This document shows, piece by piece, positions 27,458-37,420 of a DNA stretch of 64,000 nt (position 1 is its first letter; the number at the start of each line of letters is the position of its first letter). The translations under genes and the position numbers were made by a program. Under the pieces are notes generated by a model, which worked only from the letters and a program-made list of their open reading frames with translations, searched no databases and was not told the DNA's origin. Source of the DNA: Acidobacteriota bacterium (GTDB lineage Bacteria > Acidobacteriota > UBA6911 > RPQK01 > JAJDTT01); assembly GCA_965263035.1 (NCBI GenBank), contig OZ253580.1, forward strand, positions 2,336,001 through 2,400,000. Direction: 5' to 3'.

Positions 27458-29479
27458 ATGAACATCATGAACGCTTTTCGCCTGTCCCCTCCTCGGGTTT
27501 CCCCGGCGACCGCCGTCAGAGGCGAGCCGCGGATTGGATTCCTCCGGCTCCCGGTTCTCCTCCTCTTCCTGCTCGCCTCCTGCGGTGGGAATTCGGTCCG
27601 GGAGTCGCGGCACTGGCTCGAGTTGGAAAGCGACGGACTGACACTCGGCATCGGCCGGGACCTGTCCCTCTCGGTCTACTACGATTCGGAGGCCTTACCC
27701 ACCTGGCGATCGATGGCACCCAGCGTCGAGATCCGCACCTCGACTCCCCAGGGCGACGGCGATCCAGCGATACTGAGTTGCACGGAAGCGGCCCAACAAC
27801 ATGCCGAACCCTACCGGGAGGGCGAACTGGAAGGCTATCGGGTCCGTCTGAGCGGCTGGAAGGAGACGGACGCCGTCCTGGGGTGCGACCTGGCGCTGGA
27901 CCGGGAGGGGCGCCTCCACGTCCAGATATCGCAGGCGGGGGGCGAAGACACCATTCGCGAAGTGCTGGACCTGTACACGTTGGCCCTGGAGCCGGACCCA
28001 TCGTCCTACCTGGTGGTCCCCTGGGGCTCCGGATACATGATCCGGTCCGACTCCCCCGGTCCGGTGACGCTCACCGGCCTTCTGGGCGCCGAGTACAGCA
28101 TGCCCCTGTTCGGACTGGTGGCGGGCGACCGTTCGGCCTACCCGATCGTCGACACCTGGTGGAACGCGGCCGTCCGCGTGGATCACGATCCGGGCCGGCA
28201 CTCCCGGATCGCCCTGGACTGGAAGGCCTCGCTGGACCGTCTGAGCTATCCTCGGCGGGCCGTCTGGAGCTTCGAGCGGGGAAAAGACCACGTGGACCTG
28301 GCCAAGGCCTACCGCAGGCACGTGGAGGCCACCCGTCCCCTGCCCTCCCTGAGCACTCGAATGGCCTCCGATCCCGGCTTGAAACGATTCCTCTCGGGGA
28401 TCGAATACCGGCTCATAGAGTGGAACCCGGAGCACCACCCGCAGGTGCTGGACAACATCCGCCGCTTCCAAGCCGCCGGCCTCGCGGTCACCTTCTTCCA
28501 TCCCAAGTGGCCGGCCGGAGAGAGGACGCCGGCCGGCTGGCAGGAGTACCTGAGAGCAGAGCCGATGGTGGCCGGGGGCTGGCCCGCGGCCCGCCGGCTG
28601 GAAGAACAGGTCCACTCCCTGGGGTGCTCCGTCAAGTTCTTCGTCATGCCCCACGTGTTCCATGAGGACGCACCCTGCTACGACCCTTCCAAGCTCAGCG
28701 GCGTCCAGTTCCCCCGGTTCAGCGACGGTTACGCGTTGGAAGCCCTAAAGGCCCTGCTGGATCACGTCCAAGCCAAGGGATTGAGAATGGACGCCCTCTA
28801 CTTTGACGGCCACGCCGCCCACCGCGGGCACTCGGAACACCGATCCGCGGAAGGCCCCATCAGCCGCCGCAAGACCTACGAGACCCAGGTCGAGACGTTC
28901 CGCGAAGCCCGGCGGAGAGGAATCGTCCCCGGCGCCGAGTTGGCCCGTTTCTGGTGCATGGGCGAGAGCGACTACTTCTTCTTCACCGACTGGTCCCGGG
29001 ACCGGCTCCGGGAGGGCGAACCGATCCCTCTGTTCCAGCTGGCTTTCAACGACTGCTACGTGGCCCACTTCTCGGGCGGAGGCTACTATTTCGCCCCCAA
29101 ATACGACTGGTATGCCGACCGCCACCCCCGGCTCTACGAGCTCATGTACGGGGCCATGCCCTCGCACAACTGGCTTCCCGGGGGAGAAGGCCTGATCGAA
29201 AAGCACCATTGGGAGACCGACGCCATGAAACGGCGGCTGGAGTGGCTCCGTCTCTGGCACACCTATTTTCAGGCAGTGGGTTACGCCGAAATGACCAGCC
29301 ACCAGTTTCTGAGCGACGACCGGACCCTGCAACGCGTCGAGTACGCCAACGGCGTCACGGCCGAATTCGATCTGGCCCAGGGCCGGTTTCGAGTCGAAGG
29401 AATCGAGGGGATCAATGAGGGCTGGCAGGAGCCCCCGGTTATCGTTCCGATAGCTGGAGAAGGAAAGAGAAAAGAGTAA
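27458..29479 (+). CDS. Putative glycoside hydrolase-like lipoprotein (GH101/GH129/DUF5696-like)
   Basis: LASC lipobox; SMPLFG, DHVDLAKAYR, LYFDG, IPLFQLAFND and MTSHQFLSDDRTLQRVEYANG motifs. Confidence 0.65.
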   Translation: MNIMNAFRLSPPRVSPATAVRGEPRIGFLRLPVLLLFLLASCGGNSVRESRHWLELESDGLTLGIGRDLSLSVYYDSEALPTWRSMAPSVEIRTSTPQGDGDPAILSCTEAAQQHAEPYREGELEGYRVRLSGWKETDAVLGCDLALDREGRLHVQISQAGGEDTIREVLDLYTLALEPDPSSYLVVPWGSGYMIRSDSPGPVTLTGLLGAEYSMPLFGLVAGDRSAYPIVDTWWNAAVRVDHDPGRHSRIALDWKASLDRLSYPRRAVWSFERGKDHVDLAKAYRRHVEATRPLPSLSTRMASDPGLKRFLSGIEYRLIEWNPEHHPQVLDNIRRFQAAGLAVTFFHPKWPAGERTPAGWQEYLRAEPMVAGGWPAARRLEEQVHSLGCSVKFFVMPHVFHEDAPCYDPSKLSGVQFPRFSDGYALEALKALLDHVQAKGLRMDALYFDGHAAHRGHSEHRSAEGPISRRKTYETQVETFREARRRGIVPGAELARFWCMGESDYFFFTDWSRDRLREGEPIPLFQLAFNDCYVAHFSGGGYYFAPKYDWYADRHPRLYELMYGAMPSHNWLPGGEGLIEKHHWETDAMKRRLEWLRLWHTYFQAVGYAEMTSHQFLSDDRTLQRVEYANGVTAEFDLAQGRFRVEGIEGINEGWQEPPVIVPIAGEGKRKE

Positions 29480-29676
29480 AGAGTGAGGAGGAGTGCTCGC
29501 TTAGCAAGGAAAAGAGCGGAAAAACGATAATGTCGAGGGGACTGGAGCCAGTCTCACCCGATGCCCTGTCTTTTCGATGACATTGCGGGCCCGTGGCAAG
29601 CCGCGTAGTTCCTTACGCCCCGCTTCTCACTGTCCTTCTTCCCTTTCCTTGCTATTTTCTCTTTCCTCTTTCCTCA
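29460..29676. repeat. Heptamer-armed hairpin element, copy A
   Basis: GAGNAAA-type repeats on the left, TTTCCTC-type on the right; 60-bp core (29521-29580) homologous to 47464-47523. Confidence 0.65.
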
Positions 29677-32600
29677 GTGCTTGTAGTTCCTCCCCCGGCG
29701 ATCTCCAACGCCGGGTCGTCAACGGTTCATAGATTTCATAACCCGGGCCATAGCCGGCACTCTCCGTGCCGATCACGTACTGGTAATCCAGTATGAACCG
29801 CATGAGGTCGGCCATCTCCCGGGGGGTGACGTTCTCTTCCAGACCTTCGGGCATGAGCGACTTTCCGGTGGCCCGCATCTCCAGGATGTCCTTGCGCAAC
29901 ACCGTGTTCTGAACGTCTTCGCCCTCCACCAGCGTGATGCTCTCCGAATTCTGGTCGCTGATGATTCCGGTGAAGAGCCGCCGTTGCCGGTCGGTCACCA
30001 CGTACTGGAGATATTGGGGCTCCACCAACCGGTTCGGGTCCAGGATATTGGTGAGAAGCGGATCCGTGTCCTTGTAGGAGCCCGTGATCAGGTTGGGCCC
30101 TACCAGGTGCTCCGTGGTGGAGAGGCGGTGGCACTTGATGCACTCGCGGCGGTAGACCGCCTCGCCGTGAACCGGGTCCCCCTCGAGGGTCAAAGCAACT
30201 TGGTAGTCGGCCAAGGCCTGCTGCCGAGTGCCGGCCGTCCGAGAGGCGAAGATGCTCTTGGCCTGATCCCGGATCGCCTCGTCGTCATGGTTCATGAGGA
30301 GTTCGCGGCGGCTGGAGTTGAGCTGGCTGGAGGCGACTCGCTCTTCCCGAATCGCCTGGAGCAGGGCACGGGTCCAGTGCCTCCGGGAAAAGAGGCTGGT
30401 CAGGACCCGGCTCCGAACGTCGGGCGTCTGAGCCATCCAATCCTGCAGCAGGATGTCGGCGATTTCGGGATCATCGTGACGCTCCAGGGCTTCGATCCCG
30501 GCGAAATGCACGGCCTGGGTCTGGCTGGAGTCGACAAGTTTGGCGAGAGAGTCCCGAACTTGGGAGAAGCCGCCGTGAGCCAGAAGTCGGATCGCCTCCA
30601 GACGCTCCTCCTCGGGGACCGACTCGTCTCCGGCGGCCTCCGCGACTCGTTTCATTAGATCCCGGATCATTCGGGTTGCGGGCCCCGGAAGACCTCGGAG
30701 TTGGGAAAGGGACCGATTGGAGATGGCCAGACCCTCTGCCAAGCCGGTGACCACAATCTGCTGCATCCGCATGCGATCGGCCAGGGAGGTGTGGGTGGCC
30801 GCCGTCCCGGCGAGCCGCCGGATCTCCGACGCATGGTTGCGGGCACCCACGGTGCGGGCCAGAGGCTCCAGCCAGTCCCCGGCCTCCGCCTTGGCGACGA
30901 AGCCGTCCGACTCCAACAGCCGGACGAACAGGCGATCGGCGATTTCGCTACTGGAACTCAAGACGGCGTTCCGAGTCCAGCGGTCGCCCGAGTCCCGCTC
31001 GGCGATCCGGACCAGTCCGGAAATGGGCCGGCGGTCCCGAACCTGGCCCAGTGCCAACGCGACCCGCAGCCGCACTTTGGGGTTGTCGTCTTCGGCCAGC
31101 GCCAGCACCCTCCGGAACAGCGACCGGGAGCGGCCGAATCGGCGCTCGGCCAGCTGCACGGCGTGAACCCGGACTCCCGGTGACGGGTCCGATAGAGCCT
31201 GGACCAGATGGGCTTCCTTCAGGGCACCGAGTCCGTTCAGGGACCAGAGGGCGTGCATCCGGGCCAGCGGATTCTCGCTCTCGTTCACGAGCCGGACCAG
31301 ATCGGGCACCGCGGACTGGTCCTGGCGTTCGAAGATGAGCCGGTGGGCCGTTTCCCGCCACCAGCCTCCCGGGTGCTCCAGGTGACTTACCAGTTCCCGG
31401 GTCGAAGCCTCGCCCAGACGCGGCCGCGGCGGGACCTGGAAGCCGGCCGGCTCCAACCGGTAGACCCGGCCATGGTCCTGCCCCCGGGTGAAGTCCAGAT
31501 GTTTGACCACACGGGCAGGGACGTGGGCCGCCTCGATCAACTCGCGGTACATGTCCAGTATGTAGAGCGTTCCGTCGGGCGCATTGACCGAGTTCACCGG
31601 CCGAAACCAGTTGTCGGTGGACCGGACCATCTCGACGTTCTCCGGCTCCCCACGCACCGACCTGAAGCTCACTCCGTCCTCCTCCAGGACCCGCCGGTGC
31701 AGCAGGTTGGCGGTGTTGGCGCCGATGAAGAGGCTTCCCCGGTACTGCTCGGGATAGGCGTGCCCCCGGTAGATCTGCACTCCGGCGCCGGCGGTCTGGT
31801 AGTCGTGCCCCACTCCGGCGCTTCGATTGCTCCGCCCGGCGAAGACGCGGCGGGCTTCCCGGATGGTCCGCCACAGCTCGACGGGACTGATCTTGTAGAC
31901 TCGAGTCTGCCCCTGCACCAGGGGATTCACCTCCAGGGAGCCGTGTCCCTCCCAATGGAAGCCGTGCAGATCGAAGAACAGATAGGGGTTGCGCTGCAGG
32001 TAGCCGCCGGGCACGACCACGTGCCGGCCCGACGACCCCGCGGTGCAGACGTAGCGATTGTACCAGTCGTCGAAACTGTGTCCGAACTGGAAAGTCTGGG
32101 TGGTGAGCTCCAGCTCGCGGCTCACCGGATCGAACCGGAAGTCGCGATCGTAGACGGAGATGGGCTCGGCCTCCGGCTGATCTCCCGGCCGGATGTAGCC
32201 TCCGTCGCCGCCCGTGGAAGCGTAGATCTTGTGGTCCACACCCCAGATCAGGTTGTTCACCATCTGTTGCTCGTTGGTGACTCCGAACCCGGTGAAGACG
32301 GTTTCCTGGACATCGGCCCTGCCGTCGCCGTCGGTGTCCTTCATGTAGTAGATGTGAGGGGGAGCCGAGACGTAGACCCCCTGCTTCCAGACGGCCACTC
32401 CCGTGGGCCAGATCAGCCCCTCGGCAAAGACGTGGCTCACGTCGAAGCGGCCGTCTCCGTCCCGATCCTCCAACAACCGGACTCGTCCCCGGGGCCCCGC
32501 GCCCTCTCCCGGCTGATAGGGGTAGTGCCTCAACTCGGCCACGTACATGCGCCCGCTCTCGTCGAACGCTGCGGCCACCGGTTCGTTCACCATGGGCTCG

Positions 32601-32854
32601 TGGGCCACCAGTTCCAACCGGAAACCGTCCGCCGTCTCGAACGTCTTGAGGGCCTCGGCCGGCTCCGTGGGAGGAACCCTCTGCAGATACTCCTTGAGGG
32701 CGGCCTCGTCCCGGGAGATGTCCACGATCCTCTTGTAATGCTCCTCGGGAGTCTCCACCGGTTCGGGACCGCAGGCAACCATCAGCGTCAGGCAGAGGAT
32801 GGTTGGGACCCGACGGACGAGGGATTGGCTCTCTCTTCTCATGCGCGTCATCAT
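29627..32854 (-). CDS. PVC-type membrane-bound dehydrogenase-domain protein with HEAT repeats and c-type cytochrome
   Basis: VAC lipobox; FRLELVAHEP, DNWFRPV..APDG..D and GRVYR motifs; HEAT region; CIKCH; SLMPEGLE. Confidence 0.9.
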   Translation of the reverse strand: MMTRMRRESQSLVRRVPTILCLTLMVACGPEPVETPEEHYKRIVDISRDEAALKEYLQRVPPTEPAEALKTFETADGFRLELVAHEPMVNEPVAAAFDESGRMYVAELRHYPYQPGEGAGPRGRVRLLEDRDGDGRFDVSHVFAEGLIWPTGVAVWKQGVYVSAPPHIYYMKDTDGDGRADVQETVFTGFGVTNEQQMVNNLIWGVDHKIYASTGGDGGYIRPGDQPEAEPISVYDRDFRFDPVSRELELTTQTFQFGHSFDDWYNRYVCTAGSSGRHVVVPGGYLQRNPYLFFDLHGFHWEGHGSLEVNPLVQGQTRVYKISPVELWRTIREARRVFAGRSNRSAGVGHDYQTAGAGVQIYRGHAYPEQYRGSLFIGANTANLLHRRVLEEDGVSFRSVRGEPENVEMVRSTDNWFRPVNSVNAPDGTLYILDMYRELIEAAHVPARVVKHLDFTRGQDHGRVYRLEPAGFQVPPRPRLGEASTRELVSHLEHPGGWWRETAHRLIFERQDQSAVPDLVRLVNESENPLARMHALWSLNGLGALKEAHLVQALSDPSPGVRVHAVQLAERRFGRSRSLFRRVLALAEDDNPKVRLRVALALGQVRDRRPISGLVRIAERDSGDRWTRNAVLSSSSEIADRLFVRLLESDGFVAKAEAGDWLEPLARTVGARNHASEIRRLAGTAATHTSLADRMRMQQIVVTGLAEGLAISNRSLSQLRGLPGPATRMIRDLMKRVAEAAGDESVPEEERLEAIRLLAHGGFSQVRDSLAKLVDSSQTQAVHFAGIEALERHDDPEIADILLQDWMAQTPDVRSRVLTSLFSRRHWTRALLQAIREERVASSQLNSSRRELLMNHDDEAIRDQAKSIFASRTAGTRQQALADYQVALTLEGDPVHGEAVYRRECIKCHRLSTTEHLVGPNLITGSYKDTDPLLTNILDPNRLVEPQYLQYVVTDRQRRLFTGIISDQNSESITLVEGEDVQNTVLRKDILEMRATGKSLMPEGLEENVTPREMADLMRFILDYQYVIGTESAGYGPGYEIYEPLTTRRWRSPGEELQALRKEERENSKEREEGQ

Positions 32855-32926
32855 CCTTGAATGGGGTCCGAATTGAAAGCCTCGAGTCGCGGCCCGGGAA
32901 GGTCCGCGACCGTTCGTCCGGCCGGG

Positions 32927-33970
32927 CTACCCATGACCGGTCACAGCGCTGGCGACTCTCCAGACCCCGTTCCTGTCGCAGGCAGCGTAGTAGATCCGGT
33001 AACGGTTCCCGTCGATCCGGATCAGGGACATGTCCTCGGCATGGACCGCATCCAGTCCGGGACCACCATAGCCGGCCCCCTCGACGATGCACGTCCGCCG
33101 CTCCCAGAGGAGGCCGTCCCGGGAGGTGGCGGTGTAGATCCGCGACCGGTAACCGGCCATGTCGGCAGCAATGGACGCAGCGGCGAAGTCCTGGCTTCGG
33201 CCACTCTCCACGGCATTGATTTCCTGGCTCGGATGACGCGGCACGGCGGCCCCGGGCGGGAGATCCTGCCACGCCGAGAAGACCATGACCCAATCCTCCC
33301 CGGCCCGCTCCGGCGGGATCACGTCAGCAGCCGTGATCCCGATCTCGTCCGTCTCCCCGCGCAGGTCCCGCAACCGAACTCCGGACTCCCACTCGAAGTC
33401 GAGGCCTTCGGAAGACGCGGCGCTCACCACGTCGTGGGACAGCCGCTCGCTGCGGCCGGGGCCCCCGGGGCCGTACTCGGACGCGCAGCAGTAGAGCCGG
33501 GCCCCACCCTCGGGAAGAGGCACGCAACGGGGTGAGCCGACGCCTCCTTCGGACCGGAGCCGGACCCCTTCGTACGTCCACTCCAGCAGGTCCCGGGAGA
33601 CGGCGCTGCAGATCACCGTCGGTTCCTGGGCAGGACCCCTCGCTTCGAAGTACATCCGCCAACAGCCGTCGCCGCACCGGGTCACGGAAGGAGCCAGCAC
33701 CCGCAATGACATGTGCGAAATATCAGGCCGGGGAGCCACTCGAATTCCCGGTTCGGGACAAAACCGAAGGCCGTCCGCAGAGACGGCGCTGAGGATGTAG
33801 CCCTGGCACTCCGGGAAGGGTTTCGCCGGCCCCACGGCCGTGTAGAAGAGACGGAAACCGCCGGCAGGAATGGCGACGACGCCGGGAGCCTGCACTTTGG
33901 ATGCGTCCAAGTCCCGAGCCCCCTCCACCCGGGGCCCCGGTTCTATCTGCCATGGATCCAGGATGCTCAT
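32927..33970 (-). CDS. Cytoplasmic glycosidase-like beta-propeller protein
   Basis: Repeated SAVSxDGL Asp-box-like motifs; AGGAGGT RBS. Confidence 0.7.
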   Translation of the reverse strand: MSILDPWQIEPGPRVEGARDLDASKVQAPGVVAIPAGGFRLFYTAVGPAKPFPECQGYILSAVSADGLRFCPEPGIRVAPRPDISHMSLRVLAPSVTRCGDGCWRMYFEARGPAQEPTVICSAVSRDLLEWTYEGVRLRSEGGVGSPRCVPLPEGGARLYCCASEYGPGGPGRSERLSHDVVSAASSEGLDFEWESGVRLRDLRGETDEIGITAADVIPPERAGEDWVMVFSAWQDLPPGAAVPRHPSQEINAVESGRSQDFAAASIAADMAGYRSRIYTATSRDGLLWERRTCIVEGAGYGGPGLDAVHAEDMSLIRIDGNRYRIYYAACDRNGVWRVASAVTGHG

Positions 33971-33984
33971 ATCTCACCTCCTAG

Positions 33985-34143
33985 GAGTCTGCGCGGTAGA
34001 AATGATCGTAGCGAGAAAGTGGGGAATCGAGGCCGGATTTTCTCGATTTTGAGATGCATAGTTGTTCTATTCGCCGAGAAATCGGGGAAATATGGACCGA
34101 TTCTACCGCTTTCGGAGTAGATCAATTTCTGCGGCGCAGGCTC
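33985..34143 (+). mobile_element. MITE-A copy 4 (159 bp)
   Basis: Full copy with CTAG/CCAG flanks. Confidence 0.9.
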
Positions 34144-34263
34144 CCAGTCGGAGAGTAAAGAGAAAAGAGGTGGTTTCGTTGCGACGATGGTGATGGGCTG
34201 TGCTCGCCGTGTTTGGAATCCGGGAGTTGTGAATTCTCAGATGCGGAGAAGTAGAATCCGGGA

Positions 34264-36138
34264 ATGAATCGACGTGAATTCGTGACATCAAGTGTCGTGG
34301 CCGCGGGAGGCTTGGCGACGCCGTCTTCCTGCGGCGGAGAGGAGAGGATGACAAGCCAACCCGAAGCATCGGAGATCATGGGGCCCGCGCGCCGGAACCT
34401 CCCTCTATACCTGGCCGATCTGAATCGCTGTCTCCCTTCCTCGGCACTGAGCCGCGAAGGCCGGCTCTTCGGCTGGCGCATGATCGACTACGAGACGGAG
34501 CACTTCGAGGGGGTCATGCTCCGGGCCGGACCCGAGACGGCGGCGGCCGCGGTCGAATACCCTCTGGAGCTGCGGGGTTGGCACGACGTCTATCTGGGAC
34601 TCTTCAATACCGCCTGGAGGCCCTACTTGGATCAGCGCCTCTGGGTGAAATTGGCGGAGGATCCGGCCTTCAGCTGTCTCTTCCTGCAGGCTCCCAGCGT
34701 CGACAAGGGTCAGGTGGTCCAGGACCTGTTCTGGAGGACCGCGGACCTGACGGGACAGAATCTGAGCTTCAAACAGGTCGCCACCGAGTTGATTCCCGCC
34801 GGGCACCCGTGCCGCAGCACCTGCGACACGGTCTGGGTCGCCTACATCAAATTGGTCCCCCTTGATGCCGACGAGGTCGAGGCACTTCAATCGGACCGGG
34901 AACAGACCGGGACCCGGCGTCTCTTTGCGACTCAGGACTGGGGTTCGGGATTCGCTTGGGATGCCGGGGAGGGGGCCATCCGCGACATGTTGGAGGCCTA
35001 CAGGCACACCGATTTCAGCCGGATCTACTGGGAGGGGGCCGCCGGCGACCTCTGCTCCTACTTCAGCCGTGTAGCGAGGACCTGGACTCCCGGGTTCGCC
35101 CAAATGGAAGACTATCCGGTTCCCGCCTACCGCCGGATCGTGGAGAACTTCACCGAGTACGAGCAGCGGGGGATCGATCCGTTCCGCGTCGCCATCGACT
35201 ATAGCCACGAACTGGGGCTCGAGTTCCACGCCAGCTACCGGTTCTGCGAGGGCATGGGACCGTTCCATTTCTCCCCGCCCTTCGACCCGATCAATCGGGG
35301 AGGATTCTACGACCGGCATCCCGAGCTCAGGGCGGTGCGCCGGGATGGGAGCCGGGCTCCCAGGATCTCGTTGAGCTATCCGGAAACCCGGGAGTTTCTG
35401 ATCTCTCTCTTTTTGGAGATGGCCGAGTATCCCGTCGACGGGATCTCCATCCTCTTCAATCGGCGGCCTCCCTACGTCGAATATGAACCGCCGCTGGTGG
35501 AAGGATTTCGGGAAGAGTACGGCCAGGATCCCCGGAAGATCGACGAGAAGGATCCCCGTTGGCTCCGCTACCGGGCGAGCGTCCTCACCGATTTCATGCG
35601 GGAGCTCCGGGAGAGACTGCAGCGGCAGGCCCGCAGCCAGGGACGCTCCCGGCCGGCGGCCCTGTCGGCCTGGGTCTTCGGCAGTGAAGAGGAAAATCTC
35701 TTCTATGCCATGGACGTGCCGGGATGGATCCGGGAGGGCCTCATCGACGGCATCGTCCCCTACACCTCGGCCCCAGGGCTCTACAGTTGGGAGTTGGCCT
35801 GGGAGAAGGCCGAGGACATCGAGTACTGGCTGTCACTGACACGCGGGACGGAATGCGAGCTGGCCCTCAACATCATGCCCAGGGCCTTGTCACCCGAGCA
35901 GTACCGGAGAAAATCCCACCAGTTGCTGAGGGCCGGAGTGCCCTATCTGGCCTTCTGGGACAGCTCCAAGACCTGGGCCGTCGACAAGATCGGTGAGGGT
36001 TCGTTTCAGCACCTGCGCCGGCTCGGCCACACCGAGGAGCTGGCCGCCTGGATCCGGGCCGGCGAGCCGAACCTGGTCCTCGCCTCGACGCCTCTGACCA
36101 AGGTGGGGGAGTGGGAGATGACCTTCATCGCGGAGTAG
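34264..36138 (+). CDS. Tat-exported GHL10-like TIM-barrel protein
   Basis: NRREFV signal; LGLEFHASYR, HPELR, SLSYPETRE and DVPGWIREGLID motifs. Confidence 0.7.
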   Translation: MNRREFVTSSVVAAGGLATPSSCGGEERMTSQPEASEIMGPARRNLPLYLADLNRCLPSSALSREGRLFGWRMIDYETEHFEGVMLRAGPETAAAAVEYPLELRGWHDVYLGLFNTAWRPYLDQRLWVKLAEDPAFSCLFLQAPSVDKGQVVQDLFWRTADLTGQNLSFKQVATELIPAGHPCRSTCDTVWVAYIKLVPLDADEVEALQSDREQTGTRRLFATQDWGSGFAWDAGEGAIRDMLEAYRHTDFSRIYWEGAAGDLCSYFSRVARTWTPGFAQMEDYPVPAYRRIVENFTEYEQRGIDPFRVAIDYSHELGLEFHASYRFCEGMGPFHFSPPFDPINRGGFYDRHPELRAVRRDGSRAPRISLSYPETREFLISLFLEMAEYPVDGISILFNRRPPYVEYEPPLVEGFREEYGQDPRKIDEKDPRWLRYRASVLTDFMRELRERLQRQARSQGRSRPAALSAWVFGSEEENLFYAMDVPGWIREGLIDGIVPYTSAPGLYSWELAWEKAEDIEYWLSLTRGTECELALNIMPRALSPEQYRRKSHQLLRAGVPYLAFWDSSKTWAVDKIGEGSFQHLRRLGHTEELAAWIRAGEPNLVLASTPLTKVGEWEMTFIAE

Positions 36139-36208
36139 GAGGGGCGATTTCCAATCGCCCACTCCTCGATGTCTCGATGGAATTCCGGCGGTTGGAAACC
36201 GCCACTCC
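36138..36208. repeat. Inverted pair of GGAG-headed REP-like hairpins
   Basis: GGAGGGGCGATTTCCAATCGCCC and GGCGGTTGGAAACCGCCACTCC between convergent genes. Confidence 0.8.
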
Positions 36209-36210
36209 TT

Positions 36211-37401
36211 TCACTGCGGCCGGATCAAGCCTTGTTCTTCCCAGGAAGTCAGCCTCTGCTGGAGTTCCTGGGAGGTCTTTTCGCCCGATTTGAGGGCGAT
36301 GAAGCTCCGGAACTCTCGCGCCGCGCCGGCGAAATCCTTTTTCTGGGCCAGAATGGCTCCATGGACGTAATGGCTACCCGCGAGGTACCTCTTGGAGCCG
36401 CTCTCGAGGACCACGGTGACTGACTTCAGGGCCCGGTCCAGGCGGCCCAGTTGCAGATTGGCGACGGCACCGAAGTAATGGGCCCGCGTGATGTGGGAAT
36501 TCAGACCGATGACGTGCTCGCAATAGCGCGCCACTTCCTCCCAGGATTCGTCCCGCACCGCCATCATGGCCAAATACATGTAGGGCCGCAGGTACTTGGG
36601 ATCGGCGGCGGCCGCCTTTTGGAAATGCTCCCGGGCCAGCTCGCGGTCCCGGAGAGCATGGTGGCAGCGGCCCAGGAGATACCAGGCGGCAGCAAACTTG
36701 GGGTAGAGTTCGATCGCCGTTTCCAGGTTCCGGATGGCCTTCTGAACGTCCCCCTGCTGCTTCTTCAGCTCCAGGTCGGCCTCCCGGTAATGCTTCTGCG
36801 CCTTCTTGGGGGCGGCCAAGGTGTTGAAGCTGACCGTCGATCCGCCGACCTGCTCCAGACGCCTCAGAAGGATCACTCCCACATCGGAGTCGTCCATGTA
36901 ACCGAGGACTCCCAGGGGGATCGAGTTGGCCTGAAAACCGTCCAGAGCCGTCCGGATCACGCAACCGCTGAGATCGAACCTCTGCCCCCCCCGCCGTTCC
37001 GTGGGAACCCGGGAAAAGGGGTCCCAGTTGCTGGAGCCGCTTCCGGAAACATTCGCGGCCTGTTGGCTACCCCCCAATTCGAAGCTGAAATGACCTTTCT
37101 CTCCGTAGGTGTAAGTCTGCTGCTGGACCGAGCCGCCGCAGGCCAGCTCGACGCTGAGGGACTCGGGGAGGGGATTCCCGTCCTCCAGGATCACCCGTCC
37201 CGCCAGCAGCAGCCGCTTCGGTACCTCGATGCGGTTATCTTCGAAGTGTCTACCGGTTAGTTCGACGTCCTGCGGCCGGTCGTCACTCCGACCCCCGAGA
37301 GGTCCCGGGCGGACGTTCTGGGCCCGAGAAACCTGGACCGAAAGCAGGAGCCCAGCCAGACTCGCCGCCAAACAGATTTGCGTTATCCGCTTCCCAAACA
37401 T
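36211..37401 (-). CDS. Secreted TPR protein with N-terminal beta-sandwich
   Basis: Signal peptide; TVSFNTLAAPKKA; YPKFAAAWYLLG TPR repeats. Confidence 0.85.
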   Translation of the reverse strand: MFGKRITQICLAASLAGLLLSVQVSRAQNVRPGPLGGRSDDRPQDVELTGRHFEDNRIEVPKRLLLAGRVILEDGNPLPESLSVELACGGSVQQQTYTYGEKGHFSFELGGSQQAANVSGSGSSNWDPFSRVPTERRGGQRFDLSGCVIRTALDGFQANSIPLGVLGYMDDSDVGVILLRRLEQVGGSTVSFNTLAAPKKAQKHYREADLELKKQQGDVQKAIRNLETAIELYPKFAAAWYLLGRCHHALRDRELAREHFQKAAAADPKYLRPYMYLAMMAVRDESWEEVARYCEHVIGLNSHITRAHYFGAVANLQLGRLDRALKSVTVVLESGSKRYLAGSHYVHGAILAQKKDFAGAAREFRSFIALKSGEKTSQELQQRLTSWEEQGLIRPQ

Positions 37402-37420
37402 GACGAAATGCCCCCGGCGC

